Translations under genes and position numbers: made by a program
The notes under the pieces: model-generated
Database searches by the model: none
Seen by the model: the letters and a program-made list of their open reading frames with translations, nothing else
What the model was told of the DNA's origin: nothing
Source of the DNA: Octopus sinensis
Lineage: Eukaryota
Reading direction: 5' to 3'
DNA length: 64,000 nt
Assembly (NCBI RefSeq): GCF_006345805.1
Contig: NC_042997.1
Coordinates: 28,272,001 to 28,336,000, forward strand
Shown: piece by piece, positions 27,501 through 40,322 of the stretch
Numbering within the stretch: position 1 is the first letter of the stretch
How the letters are laid out: every line of letters begins with the position of its first letter

Positions 27501-28235
27501 TTGATCAGAAAAGACCCGAAAAGGGGGGTCATTTTAGTAATTTCAGGCCCATAACTCTACTTACCGTAGAGTTAAAAATTTTGGATGAAGTGCTAGCTAA
27601 AAGCTTGACTCTTGTCGCGGAGAAACTTGTGGGGAAAGCGCAGACATGCACAATCCCAGGTAGGTCAATCTTAATCTATTACGCTACACTTTAGAGAGGG
27701 TGGGTAAATTACCCGACAAAGACAGGGCATTGATCCACTTAGACCAAAGTAAAGCTTTTGATAGGGTAGACCACCAGTATCTAGAGTCGGTCCTTGAGGC
27801 GGCTAGGCTAAGCCCGGGCCTCCGAATCTGGGTCACTGCCATTTATAACGGCATCAAATCGACAGTCAAGGTAAATGGTTACCTGTTCCGTTTGAGATCG
27901 GTGCGGTGACAGGGGCAAATGTTAACAGGGGCAAGTCCATTGGCTTGCGGCTCGGCACTTGGAGCGGCAAGTCTATAAAGTCCAGTGTCGTGGGACACTG
28001 GACGGATAGTCCTGTTAAGTTGCTTGGCGTTTGGTTTGGACCGGACTCTCAGACGGAGAAGAAATGCAGCGAGGCAAACATGGTGGAGGTCCCAGTCCGG
28101 ACTTGGTCTGGAAGGGAGCTGTCACAGAATTGAAGAGCGGAAGTGGCACAGGACTTTATTGTATCTATCTTCATCTACCGTTTGACCGCTGTCCCTTCTC
28201 CCGCTTCTTGGCTAAGCAAGTTGGCATCACTCCAT
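24600..28235 (+). mobile_element. Decayed Tx1/L1-clade LINE (ORF1 + endonuclease/RT ORF2)
   Basis: ORF1 remnants ~24600-25970. ORF2 motifs IKVGCINVRGL, DPEGRLIVLDV, YLDRIF, TDHKFV, GPGYWKLN, NFRPITLL, LDQSKAFDRVDH and VKLLGVWFG. The QG/YADD core is missing. Confidence 0.9.
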
Positions 28236-29116
28236 AGCACCATTAATTGTTTTGTAATGTTCTTTATTGTCCTATCTGTATCTCGAATTTAATATTCTTA
28301 ATAAAGAATCATCTGTAAGGTACACATCACTGATAATTGTCAATAAATTTGAAACATCGACGTCTGGGATTCCTAATAGCTGGCAACATTGAACGAATAC
28401 AGATTTTTCGCACTAGTTTACGAAAAGAGAGAATTATGCATGAAACAATAGCACCTCCTTAAAAATCACTCCATAAAAATCACATGTTTAAAAGAGTTCT
28501 CAATATCATTGGTCCCTTCGGATAAAATATGCAAAACAATGATTGTGATGGCTCAAAGGATTTTGCGAACACCTGTGTTATAGCATTTATCTCTGAGAAT
28601 ATTCAGTTGCAGTGCATTCAGAAAAAAAATGCTCCCTAAACACAAATACACAGAATTTCTTTATATTTAATGTATTCAGTTTAATTTTTTCTGTTTTATA
28701 AATGTCTTTCTACTTTTATAAACATCGTACAGTCACGCAGTAGTTCACCATAATATTGAAAAGGAAAGAAATATTGTAAAAAAAACAAAAAAAAAACAAA
28801 CAGAGGCGCTATAATTTCAAGTGTTTCAACACATGTGTTTTAGAAACTTGATAATAACACTGTGAACATACACGCACACGAAGACACGCGCAAAATATAT
28901 GCACACACACACATAACCACATGCACACATTCATACTTGCATTTATTAGAGATAATTGGGAAAATTAGAGTTTATGGAAAATTAGTTATAAATACAAATG
29001 TTACACAAGTTAAAGATGTCTTTTCACGAAGTTGTACATTAATATTGATAGAAGAGTTTACGTAAGAGATCAAAACGTGATGTTGCAATTTATAGAATTT
29101 ATAGTTACCTCTTCAG

Positions 29117-29324
29117 AACTCATCGAATTTTCATTTACGATTTACCGTTCTTAAAATCCATGTCATTATTTCATCTTTATTTCTTCGTTGTATCGAATTA
29201 CTTTTCAAAGATGCTTCAACAGTACTTATATTAAATAAATTATGGAAATTTCCCAGCATTCTGCTTCCTGAAGAGGGAAGTCAACAAATCTTCGATATGT
29301 CATTTCATATAGCAAAGATTACAG
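29117..29324 (+). CDS. Candidate coding exon of an unidentified host gene
   Basis: Frame open from 29105 to past 29324. Acceptors TTACCTCTTCAG (29116) or CTTTTCAAAG (29210), donor ACAG|GTAAGC. Encodes ...DASTVLILNKLWKFPSILLPEEGSQQIFDMSFHIAKIT. Confidence 0.4.
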
Positions 29325-29795
29325 GTAAGCTGAAATATGTTTGTACATGTGTGTTTCTTGAATAGTTTCACAGGTTAGATTAAGTTAGGAAATTAGAAAG
29401 GTAGAGTAAACATTCTGAGTGTACCTTACAATTAGCACGTCAAATAAATTTGATTTATGTCGATAGGAGAATTGTTATTATCGTTTCACCAAGGGAAAAT
29501 TAATCTTACTGCCAGACCTTAATGTAGAAAACCATAACAGTGAATCTGTATCGAAAATTGTTACTATAAAATGACCTTTGTGTAAATGACGAAATATTCG
29601 CTTTACGTAAATCTTTGCAACAGGCTTAATCTTTGTATTATATACTTGAAAGCTGTGCAAGTTATTAAACTATGGTTATTTATTTCCTATTAGGATTTAA
29701 AGCTGTGATACTTACTGGAAAATTTCAAATGAAGAGTCTCTACCGTATTTATCAATAAAAGGAATATATTTTCTTGAAATTTGTCAATATGCATA

Positions 29796-30209
29796 GGCGC
29801 AGGAGTGGCTGTGTGGTAAGTAGCTTGTTTACCAACCACATGGTTCAAGGGTTCAGTCCCACTGCGTAGCACCTTGGGCAAGTGTCTTCTACTATAGCCT
29901 CGGGCCGACCAAAGCCTTGTGAATGTATTTGGTAGACGGAAACTGAAAGAAGCCCGTCGTATATATGTATATATATATATATGCGTGTGTGTGTTTGTGT
30001 GTCTGTATTTGTCCCCCTAGCATTGCTTGACAACCGATGCTGGTGTGTTTACGTCTCCGTTACTTAGCGGTTCGGCAAAAGAGACCGATAAAATAAGTAC
30101 AGGGCTTACAAAAGAATAACTCCCGGGGTCGAGTTGCTCGATTAAAGGCGGTGCTCCAGCATGGCCGCAGTCAAATGACTGAAACAAGTAAAAGAGTAAA
30201 AGAGTAAAG
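29796..30209 (+). mobile_element. SINE family A, full length
   Basis: Complete head to tail. ATGCAT lies on both flanks and may be a TSD. Confidence 0.92.
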
Positions 30210-30299
30210 AGATGCATCTTCAGGGAGGCATGTATAATCATGTAGCACATCCGACCGAATTTGATGTGTTGTTTCTAATGCTGTAGACTGCAATGAACA

Positions 30300-31000
30300 T
30301 CCCGAAGAATAATTTCGTGTGGACAACTAATGTTAAAATTATTGAAATTCCACCGGTTGGTTAAGCGTCTTCAGCAAGGGTTGGTCGTATGACATGCAGA
30401 AAGTAGAAATACATTCACGATTTTGTCAGAAATTTAAGGTCAAGGATTAGGCATGTGATGCACAAAGAGGTCAGGTACGGATATATTCTGTTACGAGCAG
30501 TTCATAGTTTTGAGAGAACTGCATAAGCCAGTCGAAACGATTGCTGGAAAAAGTAAAGCAACCTGAGAAACTCGACATGTTCTCAATCTAATAAGTGTAA
30601 AAAAGAAATTTGTTCAAGATCAAAACGTGAACAGGAGGAATGAGATATGGCTATGAACCGGCACTACTGAAGTTCCCACTGTTATACTCACCAAGTTCAC
30701 ACCGTCTACGAAGCTCTTGGTATTGTAAGCAACGAGGGTCATGTGATACTCCCTCACTTTCTCCCACAAGGGTCAATGCGGTTATCAAACCCTTGATCAA
30801 AACGATTTCATGGAGGAAGCGCTATATCGTTCACCAAGCCTCTGTCCCCTCTCACACAGTACGCAAAGCGGAGGATAGGATGGTTGAACATATTTATGAT
30901 CATGTTACTCTTAACATTCGGATTCCTAGGTCTGCTAGTTAAGATCCTCCACACTACTCCGTATGGAGGATCATTGGAAAAAAAAATAAAATTCATATCT
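30300..31000 (+). mobile_element. Decayed maT/DD37D-like transposase fragment 1
   Basis: KKFVQDQNVNRRNEIWL, IVSNEGHV.LPHF, KRYIVHQASVPSH. Confidence 0.65.
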
Positions 31001-31191
31001 ACAAGAGGAAGGAGTCGTTGATCTTTGATATTAGGGACGAGATAGGCCAGCATAATATAAGTATGACCTGATGAAAATTTAGCCGCTTTGGAAGCCGTTA
31101 TGTATATATAGGGATACATGTACAAAATTCTATGAAAATATGTTTTTTTTTTAATTAATAAATTTCTCACCTTTAAATTAAAATCTACATA

Positions 31192-31790
31192 TATAGTGCG
31201 ATGGGTAAATTACTATATTTTTAATTTCGCGCATGCGTATTTTTTATTTTATTTTGCCGACTACACAGTATAGTAGGATCAGTTGAGCACCGTCTGTAAG
31301 AAATACAGCAGCATGACGCAATTCCCTGTGCTAGATAGTTGGAAACAAAATGCTGTACTGCTTGCTTAGCATTCGGTCCGGAAGCTCTAGTACGAACGTT
31401 TGAAAGTATTTTGGTGTCAATCTGAGGACAATGCTATCTGAGGACATATAGCGAAAGTGATAAAATGAAACATCCAGTTTCGCATCATGTTGTTTGGAGT
31501 TATCACTAGTGATGCCGAAGTTATGCCTCCATTCATCTTCCCACACGGCTTCAGACACAGCACGGAGGCCTACATCAAGTTTCTGAAGGAGGTAGTGCTG
31601 CCCTGGATCAGGAGGGTGGGTGCTGAAAGACCCTATGTCTGGCAACAAGACATTGCACCATATCACAGAAGCAGGAGGAACCAAACATGGTTGTGAGACA
31701 GTTTCTGCGACCACACCACCCCAACATCTGGCCCCCTAGTTCCCCAGACTGCAATCCCCTTGACTATTATGTGTGGGGCGCAGTTGACCG
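31192..31790 (+). mobile_element. Internally deleted maT/DD37D-like element 2
   Basis: FGVITSDAEVMPPFIFPHG, YVWQQDIAPYH, WPPSSPDCNPLDYYVWGAV. Confidence 0.8.
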
Positions 31791-33383
31791 AGTCTACAGA
31801 TCAGCCTTCGTTAAGATATCGATTACGTGTTGAACGTAGTTAAGTCTTACAATGTTGACATCAATATGTCAGGTGTATCAGTAGTCGCATATGAAAAACT
31901 AGCAACAAAAATCCAGGTGATGCATGAGATCAAAATCTTCACTGGGTGTCAGAATGCTATGGATGTAATACACAAAGTTTGCTCGGATGCATTTCTCAGT
32001 GATTACAGTGAAATACACTATAAACCGAAGAGTAGGCAAGAATAAATAAATGAGCCTAGTGCTGATCTGAACAACTCTTCATCAACAAAGCTGCTCTTAA
32101 GTAAGTAAAACATCACTGCCGAGACCTTTACACTGTATGGATAGGCTATCCTAAGCGTTTGACTCTTGGATAATAGAAACACTATAAAAAAGTGGCAATG
32201 AAGAGGCTGAAAACAATGCGATTCACAGTGCTGTCTATATTAACTGAAGCTGCCACTATACACACTTACAGAATTAGGTCATGAAAGGGAATATGTCAGG
32301 ATGAGAGCTTACGTGTAAGGATTTTCGTCCTACAGTAAACCAGAGGCACACACAAGAATACGTTCAAACACAAAAACGTGCACATGCAAGTATACACATG
32401 AACACCTATTCGCAAAAACTAGAACACGACACGCATAAACGCACACACGAAAGTGAAAATACACACACACATACACACGAAAGTGAAAACACACACAAAC
32501 AAGAATACACTCCCAGAACCAACTCAATCACACAAACACATATAGGCAATCACAAACTCAAACAGAGTGCACATCTACACGCGCAAATCCAAAAAGAGGC
32601 TAAGATGGAAATGTTTACAAATTGAGACAAATAATTACGAGCAATATCAAATTATACACACACGCACGCACACACATACACCACACACACACACACATAT
32701 ATACACAAATATCCACAAACAAGTCATGCTTGAACACACGCATACCCATACATAGAAACATACGAATACATACAAGAAGGCACATATGCAGACATACACA
32801 CGAACACTCACTCCTAATAATTCCCATACACTCACCAGAACGTACAGACGTTGGAAAACACATCTGCACATCCACACATAGATAAATATTCTCACACACA
32901 GAACGTATTTAACCACACACACATGTGAATACATTCACTCAGACACGGACAAACACACACACACTATAGCGCACATGTACACACTCACATATGCACAACC
33001 AGCTCCTGCTTTTCCACAATTTCTTACATAGAGAACACAATGTAATCCTTACGAGATGACAAACAGGAAGATTTAAGGTAAGACTAAAATAGAATAGTGA
33101 AACCAGGTTACGAAAGTAGTCCCTGAAGACCCCGCTCTCACATTCATGCATACACATGTATGCAGGTACATGAGCATACATGCATACACTTAATCACACA
33201 CATGTATTAGCACACAAAAAGGCCCACATATACTCTTCCTTTACCCTCTCGCTTCACGTCTCCCGTATATAACTCTACAACTCCTTAGCTGTACACTCCT
33301 ACGTTAACATACACATAGAACTAATTTTCAGCCAGATTCGAAACATACCAGTAATGGGGAGAGAGAGAAGTGGAGAAATATAG

Positions 33384-33560
<177 letters not shown>

Positions 33561-33751
33561 GAGATGATAGAAAGCGCTAGAGAGAGCTGTTCATTGAAAT
33601 GGCCGCAAATGACAAATAAAGGGTTTTGACGAACAATTGATTGATCATTTAACAAACAGATTAAACTATCGATTAGTTACCTGCTTAGTTAACTAACCAG
33701 TTGACAAATTGTAAATGAACGAAATTGACCAAGTTCGTGGGTTTATATTTA

Positions 33752-34040
33752 ACTAGCAGTATCGCCCGGCGTTGCTCGGGTTTGTAAGGGAAATAACTAT
33801 ATAAGCATTTTTAGTGAGTTACTTCCCTTATATAATAGTAAAAAAATGCATTAAAAATGGGAAAAAATGATGGTAACTTTTTTTTTAATCGTAGACGCGC
33901 GCTAATACCCAGAAGGGCTCGATATGAATCACGACTATAAGATACCCGCTTTTGGTTAAACTGCACCGCAAAATGTGGGAGTAGCTACGAATCTAAATCG
34001 TAGGAGACAGACACACAACTTCACTTTTATATATAAAGAT
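33752..34040 (+). mobile_element. Non-autonomous Helitron-like element, copy 2
   Basis: Starts ACTAGCAGTATCGCCCGGCGTTGCTCGGG and ends CACTTTTATATATAAAGAT. Confidence 0.65.
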
Positions 34041-34100
34041 AGCGTAATCACTCTTTAAAGATACAACAAAATATATAATGTTTTACAAAAAATGTTTTGA

Positions 34101-34600
34101 CAATGACTACAAAATTCCGGCCAGTGAAGCCATCATCAGACTGATATATTTGAATTCATCTTGGCTTTATATAGTCTCTCTTAAATCATAATTCTCTATA
34201 TTCAGTTGAGCTCTTTTGAATGATAATTAGGTTGTGTAATAGGTTGTATTGAAGAGGCTTTGTGAAGTTTCATTGATTAAATTTGACATTTTCTTATCAT
34301 TGTTCAGAATTTATTCATGCATGTAGATCTCTGTAATCAGATGTGTCTATTTTGGTGTGTCTTCTTCAGGTCATCGGGTTTCAAAGGCAATGCAGTTATG
34401 TGGAAGGTCTATATTGTTCAGCTGATGCGTCACTAGTTTTAACCGTTTTTAGTTTCATTTAAATACTAATGGAATATTTAATTTTTTGTTTTGAGAACGG
34501 GAATGGAAGCTCAGATTGCAGTCCAGTGTTTAATTCTTTGTAATTAGGTGTGTTTATTAAGGTGTGACATTTCGACAATGGAGTTTTCAAGGATTTACTC
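34101..34600 (-). mobile_element. Penelope-like 3' remnant with degenerate hammerhead
   Basis: Decayed ORF end followed by CTGATGA-T-GGC...GCC-GGAA...GTC at 34101-34143. Confidence 0.45.
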
Positions 34601-35622
34601 ACATATGCACACACACAACACACAGTGACCTTCCTTTATATATATGTGTGTGTGTGTGTGTGTGGTGTGTGTGTGTGTACAAACATGTCTAACATTATCT
34701 AACTTGAGCTTTATTCATTAACGTTGCTTACAATTTCAATTATAGGAGTTGTCAAATTTAAAATTCATATTTCAAGAGGTTTTTAGTTATCAAATGATTC
34801 TGAAAATTATAGAATGATAAAATGATTTGAACTATTAATAATTTTCTGTCTAACAGTTGCCTTCGTTTTGCTTTTCGTAAGAAAACAATAATACATTGAT
34901 CTAATTATCAGCGTTAGCAAGATGTTTAGTAGCTCCCCCAAAGTATCTGTTATGTGGTCTTCCTCACAGCTACAAATAGAGGCCATATTTCTCCTAAATT
35001 ACGTGAAATACGTGAAAAAGCGACATCACGTAATGTAAAATTAGATATATTCATTCTGAACGAAATACCGGATGCTCTAGTGACTACATACAAACAGGAA
35101 TAATAACAACACATTGTTCATTGTACTGTTTATTTATGCGAGTCATTAACTCGGTTGAATTTTCTGCAATCTGTGTGATTTACTATGATTGTATAACGTT
35201 GACACTGCAGTTTTATCACAGTCTAGATTCAACAGTGCGGACTAAGAAAACCATCTCGACTGTCTTGCGACTGTATCATGCCATCATCAATAAGGTCGAA
35301 GTTTATATGAACGTGGCTAAAATAATCTCTATAACTATTGTGTTTTGTATATGGATGCGAAAAATTCAAACTTCCCCCGAGAACTATCATTATTTTACAC
35401 GATATAGAATTTAATATGAGCAAACATACACGTATACATAACACGTACACGATAATATATATATGCATACATATATATATACTAATTATCTTTTTTTAAT
35501 AATTTTGATATATATCTAAAATAATATAAATTAATTAATCTTATGTATTGACTTGAGTTTGTCATTGTATGATTTGCCTAATAGTGGTTTTATCTCTAAT
35601 TTAATATAATATATATATATAT

Positions 35623-35679
<57 letters not shown>

Positions 35680-36330
35680 AGTTTGGCACAGTTTAGGATG
35701 AAAGAAGGTGCATCCATTGCCCTTTGTGCATCCATATTTAAGGACTAGGGCCATGGACTCTGTATTTAGGACAGTATTTTGAGTGGAGAAGTGGGCAGTT
35801 TTTTCCCGTTATACCATATGGACAGGTGCCATTACCAAGTCTACAGAATAAGTTAGGATGTAAAAAAAAGCACAGCGTCCCTTGTTTTCGGTGCCGCCGG
35901 GGCCATATCTACAGTTATCTTGAGAATCGTAACGACAGGGTATTTTCAATGGGCATAGTAGAGGTTTTACTGTATTGGCAGGCTCATTGGTCAGTGGTCC
36001 TATTGTAGTAGTAGTAGCAGACAGTTGATGTGGTCGGTATTGCTGTAATGTCAGTGTAACTTGACTTGCAACATTAGGGCTGGGAGGAATCAGGACAGAT
36101 AATGGTGCCAAACAAGGTGCTTCCAATGTAGTAGCAGTAGCAGTACCAGGCTTTTGTTTTTGCGATAGTAAGTCCTGGCTTGCCACTATAGTGTTGGAGA
36201 GAATTAGGTCATAATGCGATATCAATGAGAATGTTGTTTGTTGCTGGCAAACGGGTTGTTAAAGTGACCCCTGACTTGTTGGCATTGGGTCAATTGGTGT
36301 GCTACATACGTTGATAAGTATGGCTTGAGT
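35680..36330 (-). pseudogene. Tandem CCCH zinc-finger ORF relic, probably LINE ORF1
   Basis: With two frameshifts: CRYDSQDNCRYGPGGTENKGRCAFF.H, CRLGNGTCPYGITGKNCPLLH, CPKYRVHGPSP.KYGCTKGNGCTFFHPKLC. Cut by (TA)n at ~35675. Confidence 0.7.
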
Positions 36331-37021
36331 GTTACCATGTGCGTGTGTAAAGTATGAAACGATCTTGGGATTTCTTTTATTTTGTGTCCGATATGTTTTA
36401 CAGATGTGTAAATGGATTGTGAGGCTATTTTTCAGCGATTTTACCTATGGTTATGGTGAGTGTGCATTGATTACGTTTTCTACCCAGTGGTGTTTTAGAA
36501 TATTATTGGCCATATTCAATGGATAGGTTAGTATTATACACTGTACGTCAGTTATTGATGACTTCATGTATAATCGTGAATGCACAGTTGAAAAGTTTAT
36601 GCCGATATATTCATAAATGCGTGCCTATAACTGGGTGTGAGTTAAAGATTTCAGTGTAATTAGTACAAATCAGAATGAGCGGTGTGTTTAATAAAAATCA
36701 AGAAAATATAATTATACTCACGGGTCTATTTTTGAACTAATCTTCGGTTTAGTTTTGGTTTATATTTGTTTCTCCATGTTGTATATAAATTTGTGTAAAT
36801 TTATCCTCTGATGATAGTAAAATAGTAGCATAGTAGAATTGAAGGGTGCTGTGTCTAAAAACAAGGAAAGTTACTACTGGTTTGAATTGAAATCTGTTTC
36901 ATTGGCTACTGACTTGGCCAAAGCTATGAAAATTACGTCTTGTCACAAGATCATACAATATAAATAGATTCATATGTATATATGTGTATATACTTATGTA
37001 TGTGTGTGTATATACATATGC

Positions 37022-37052
<31 letters not shown>

Positions 37053-37108
37053 CATATATATGATATATATATATATATATATATATAATATAATATATAT
37101 ATATTATA

Positions 37109-37150
<42 letters not shown>

Positions 37151-37194
37151 ATGATAAATCTCAGAGCGATTTATAAACAGTAGCGGCAACACAT

Positions 37195-37388
37195 CGTGAC
37201 GTATATTTGCCATTGTCCGTGTGTATCATAAGTTGAAGACGGGAAGGATGACTTTCCTTCGCAAATACTGATAGGGCACAGAAAGTGTGTCTATAGCCAA
37301 CTGGAGGAGGTGTCTTCCTGGGGCTACAAACTACAGTAGCATCCACATTTAGGGGTTAGCCATATTCAAATGGCAAATATACGTCACG
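37195..37388. mobile_element. Small MITE with 20-bp perfect TIRs
   Basis: CGTGACGTATATTTGCCATT / AATGGCAAATATACGTCACG. Flanks are ACAT and ATAT. Confidence 0.75.
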
Positions 37389-37396
37389 ATATATAT

Positions 37397-37427
<31 letters not shown>

Positions 37428-37458
37428 CTATATGTATATGTATATATATATGTATATG

Positions 37459-37579
<121 letters not shown>

Positions 37580-38131
37580 TTTATCAATAAAATTACTAGG
37601 ACATTCACGTTCCCGTTCGTAGGACAGAAATATGGTTATACTTTGATTCGTCGGTCTTTTCAACTAACGGCCTTTTCAATAACCTGGTATATGAATTTAC
37701 ATTACGATTTAAAATCATATTATTTTAAAAATCGAAGAAAGCCGTAAATCAAAAATTAGATTTAGTAGAAGGGAAAAATGATTAATGGTCAAAATAGATT
37801 AAAAAGACATGTCCGTTTAAAATAAAAACACTTACGAAGAACTCTCATCATAAAAATACATGTACATTTAGTAATACACACACATGCCAAAATCCGTTAT
37901 GTAGATATATACACTAAACACGCAAATGTTGGTACATGCCTAGATACAAATAAATACAAGCAGAACACATGTATACAAATGCATATATTGGTATCTACGT
38001 ACATATATATACGCACATAATACTTCTTCGTGTGCATTTCAAATATACAACTTAGTTGAAAATCCGAGAATAACTGGCGAGAGAAAGAAAAAGAAGATAA
38101 AATGAAGTTGGAAGAAAGAAAAAAGAAAGAG

Positions 38132-38169
<38 letters not shown>

Positions 38170-38210
38170 ATGGAGCTGAACGACGAATTAACAAAATTCC
38201 TTTATTTTAA

Positions 38211-38291
38211 TTTCGACATATGTTTCGAAGGCTGCATATTCCTAATTTCGAAGGAATAAGGGGTGCATTATGCCGCCTTCTCATCAGGAAA
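38211..38291 (-). ncRNA. Intact minimal type I hammerhead ribozyme
   Basis: TTTC-CTGATGA-GAAGGC...GCCTTC-GAAA-C-ATAT-G-TC-GAAA. All core bases present, 4-bp stem I, 6-bp stem II, GUC site. Confidence 0.8.
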
Positions 38292-38471
38292 AGTAAGGAA
38301 CTTATGTCAGCATCAAATATTTTTAAATGCCTGCCCACACGGAGCCCATTTCCACACGATAGCACGTGATCTCTGCCCTAGGTATGTAGCCTCAACCGTA
38401 TTTTTCTGACGTGAATTTGCTACCTAGGTATCGGTTAACGGAATTATCCATAATAAGATAATTCATTCAAC

Positions 38472-38513
<42 letters not shown>

Positions 38514-38592
38514 TATATATATCATGTTGATTCGTTAGCTACAGCACGCATTTTTTTCTCTCCTTCTTTCTGTGTTTTTCTCTCTCTGTGTA

Positions 38593-38630
38593 TCTTTCTG
38601 TTGAAGAGCGTAGGCTCGAAACGTTAAAGA
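38593..38630 (+). ncRNA. Hammerhead-like motif with non-canonical core
   Basis: TCTTT-CTGTTGA-A-GAG-cgtagg-CTC-GAAA-CGTT-AAAGA. Confidence 0.45.
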
Positions 38631-38888
38631 CTTGTTTTATTTATATTTCCTGAGCGCCATACTAATACAATTGTTCGTTTGTTTTCCACCTGCCTTCGTC
38701 TTTTGTTTATTTTCATAAAGCTTCCCGTTATATACATATATATATATATATATATAGTTAATCCAAATAAGAAAACACAGAAAAAAAGAGAAAAAAACAG
38801 CAACGCGAGGACGTGGAACAATTAAAGTATTATTGACGCCCAGGAAAGAAGGGAAGGGGAAAAAGAAGTCAAGATAGAAAATTCTAAG

Positions 38889-39047
38889 ATAATTTTATAA
38901 AAAACATTTCAGTACCGGTTTCAGTCATTGAGACTTTTTCAACTGTAACAATTAAATAATTAATTTTAGAAAAATGAAAAGAAAAGTTTTGAAAAAGACA
39001 AGTCTCAATGACTGAAACCGGTACAGAGATGTATTTTATAAAATTAT
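38889..39047. repeat. Inverted repeat carrying a U3-A8 hammerhead in its left arm
   Basis: Arms 38889-38942 and 38989-39047. Minus strand 38910-38945 reads CAG-TTGAAAA-AGTC-tcaat-GACT-GAAA-CCGG-TA-CTG. Confidence 0.7.
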
Positions 39048-39128
39048 TTTAGCATTTACTATCTTGACTATTTTTCCATATATATCAACTCGTGTGTTCC
39101 TTTTCATTCTTATTCATACATACATACA

Positions 39129-39160
<32 letters not shown>

Positions 39161-39182
39161 CATACATACATACATACATACA

Positions 39183-39258
<76 letters not shown>

Positions 39259-39926
39259 GAGAGAGAAAGGGAGGGAGAGTCTGAAATGACTTGGAAGTTG
39301 GCGTCCCTAAAAAGTATCTAACAAATGTTAGATAGCTGAAGGTTAGCTATTCTTGTTGCAAAACCTTTGCCTCTTTTATAAATCAGCATAACCTAAAAAT
39401 CATTGGAAGCAACCACTGCGCCGAATTTAACCAGAAGAATTGCAATTTCAAGGATATCAGTTGCGGTCCGTTAGAAGGAAGTTGTTTTGAAAAAGGATAA
39501 CTTATTGATCTCACGTACAATAGATGGCTCAGAAGAACATAAAACATACACAAGCGCTTCGTAAAATTCATTCAAGACTACGTTTTATTCCCACCGATAT
39601 TCTTTCCGAGAATAGCACAGCAAGTCTTGTAAAGCATGTCTCGCAATTGAACGAAAATGACACCCGTCCTTTCTATATCAGCGGGACAATTTTGGAAAGA
39701 GCAGTACCAAAAAAAAAAAAAAAATTGGAGCATATACAAGACCAATGAAATGCAATCTTTGCTTCTCAGAAAAAGACTTTTCAGCATGTTCCAGGATAAA
39801 CATGAATCAAAGACAAGAGCTTACTACAGGCACGCTACGCAATTTAAAATGTAAACTGAAAGAATACCATATGAGTGAAAATTTTTGACTTTCGCATTGA
39901 ATTTGGTTTTTTACACCTAAAATATA

Positions 39927-40322
39927 GGCGCAGGAGTGGCTGTGTGGCAAGTAGCTTGCTTACGAACCACTTGGTTCCGGGTTCAGCCCCACTGCACGGC
40001 ACCTTGGACAAGTGTCTTCTACTTTAGCCTCGAGCCGACCAAAGCCTTGTGAGTGGATTTGGTAGACGGAAACAGAAAGAAGCCCGTCGTGTGTGTGTGT
40101 TTTTGTGTCTGTGTGTGCCCCCCCTCCACCAACATCGCTTGACAACTGCTGCTGGTGTGTTTACGTCCCCACAACTTAGCGGTTCTGCAAAAGAGACCGA
40201 TAGAATAAGTACTAGGCTTACAAAGAATACGTCCTGGGGTCGGTTTGCTCGACTAAAGGCGGTGCTCCAGCATGGCCGCAGTCAAATAACAGAAACAAGT
40301 AAAAGCGTAAAAGAGTAAAGAG
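39927..40322 (+). mobile_element. SINE family A, full length
   Basis: Complete head to tail. Confidence 0.92.
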
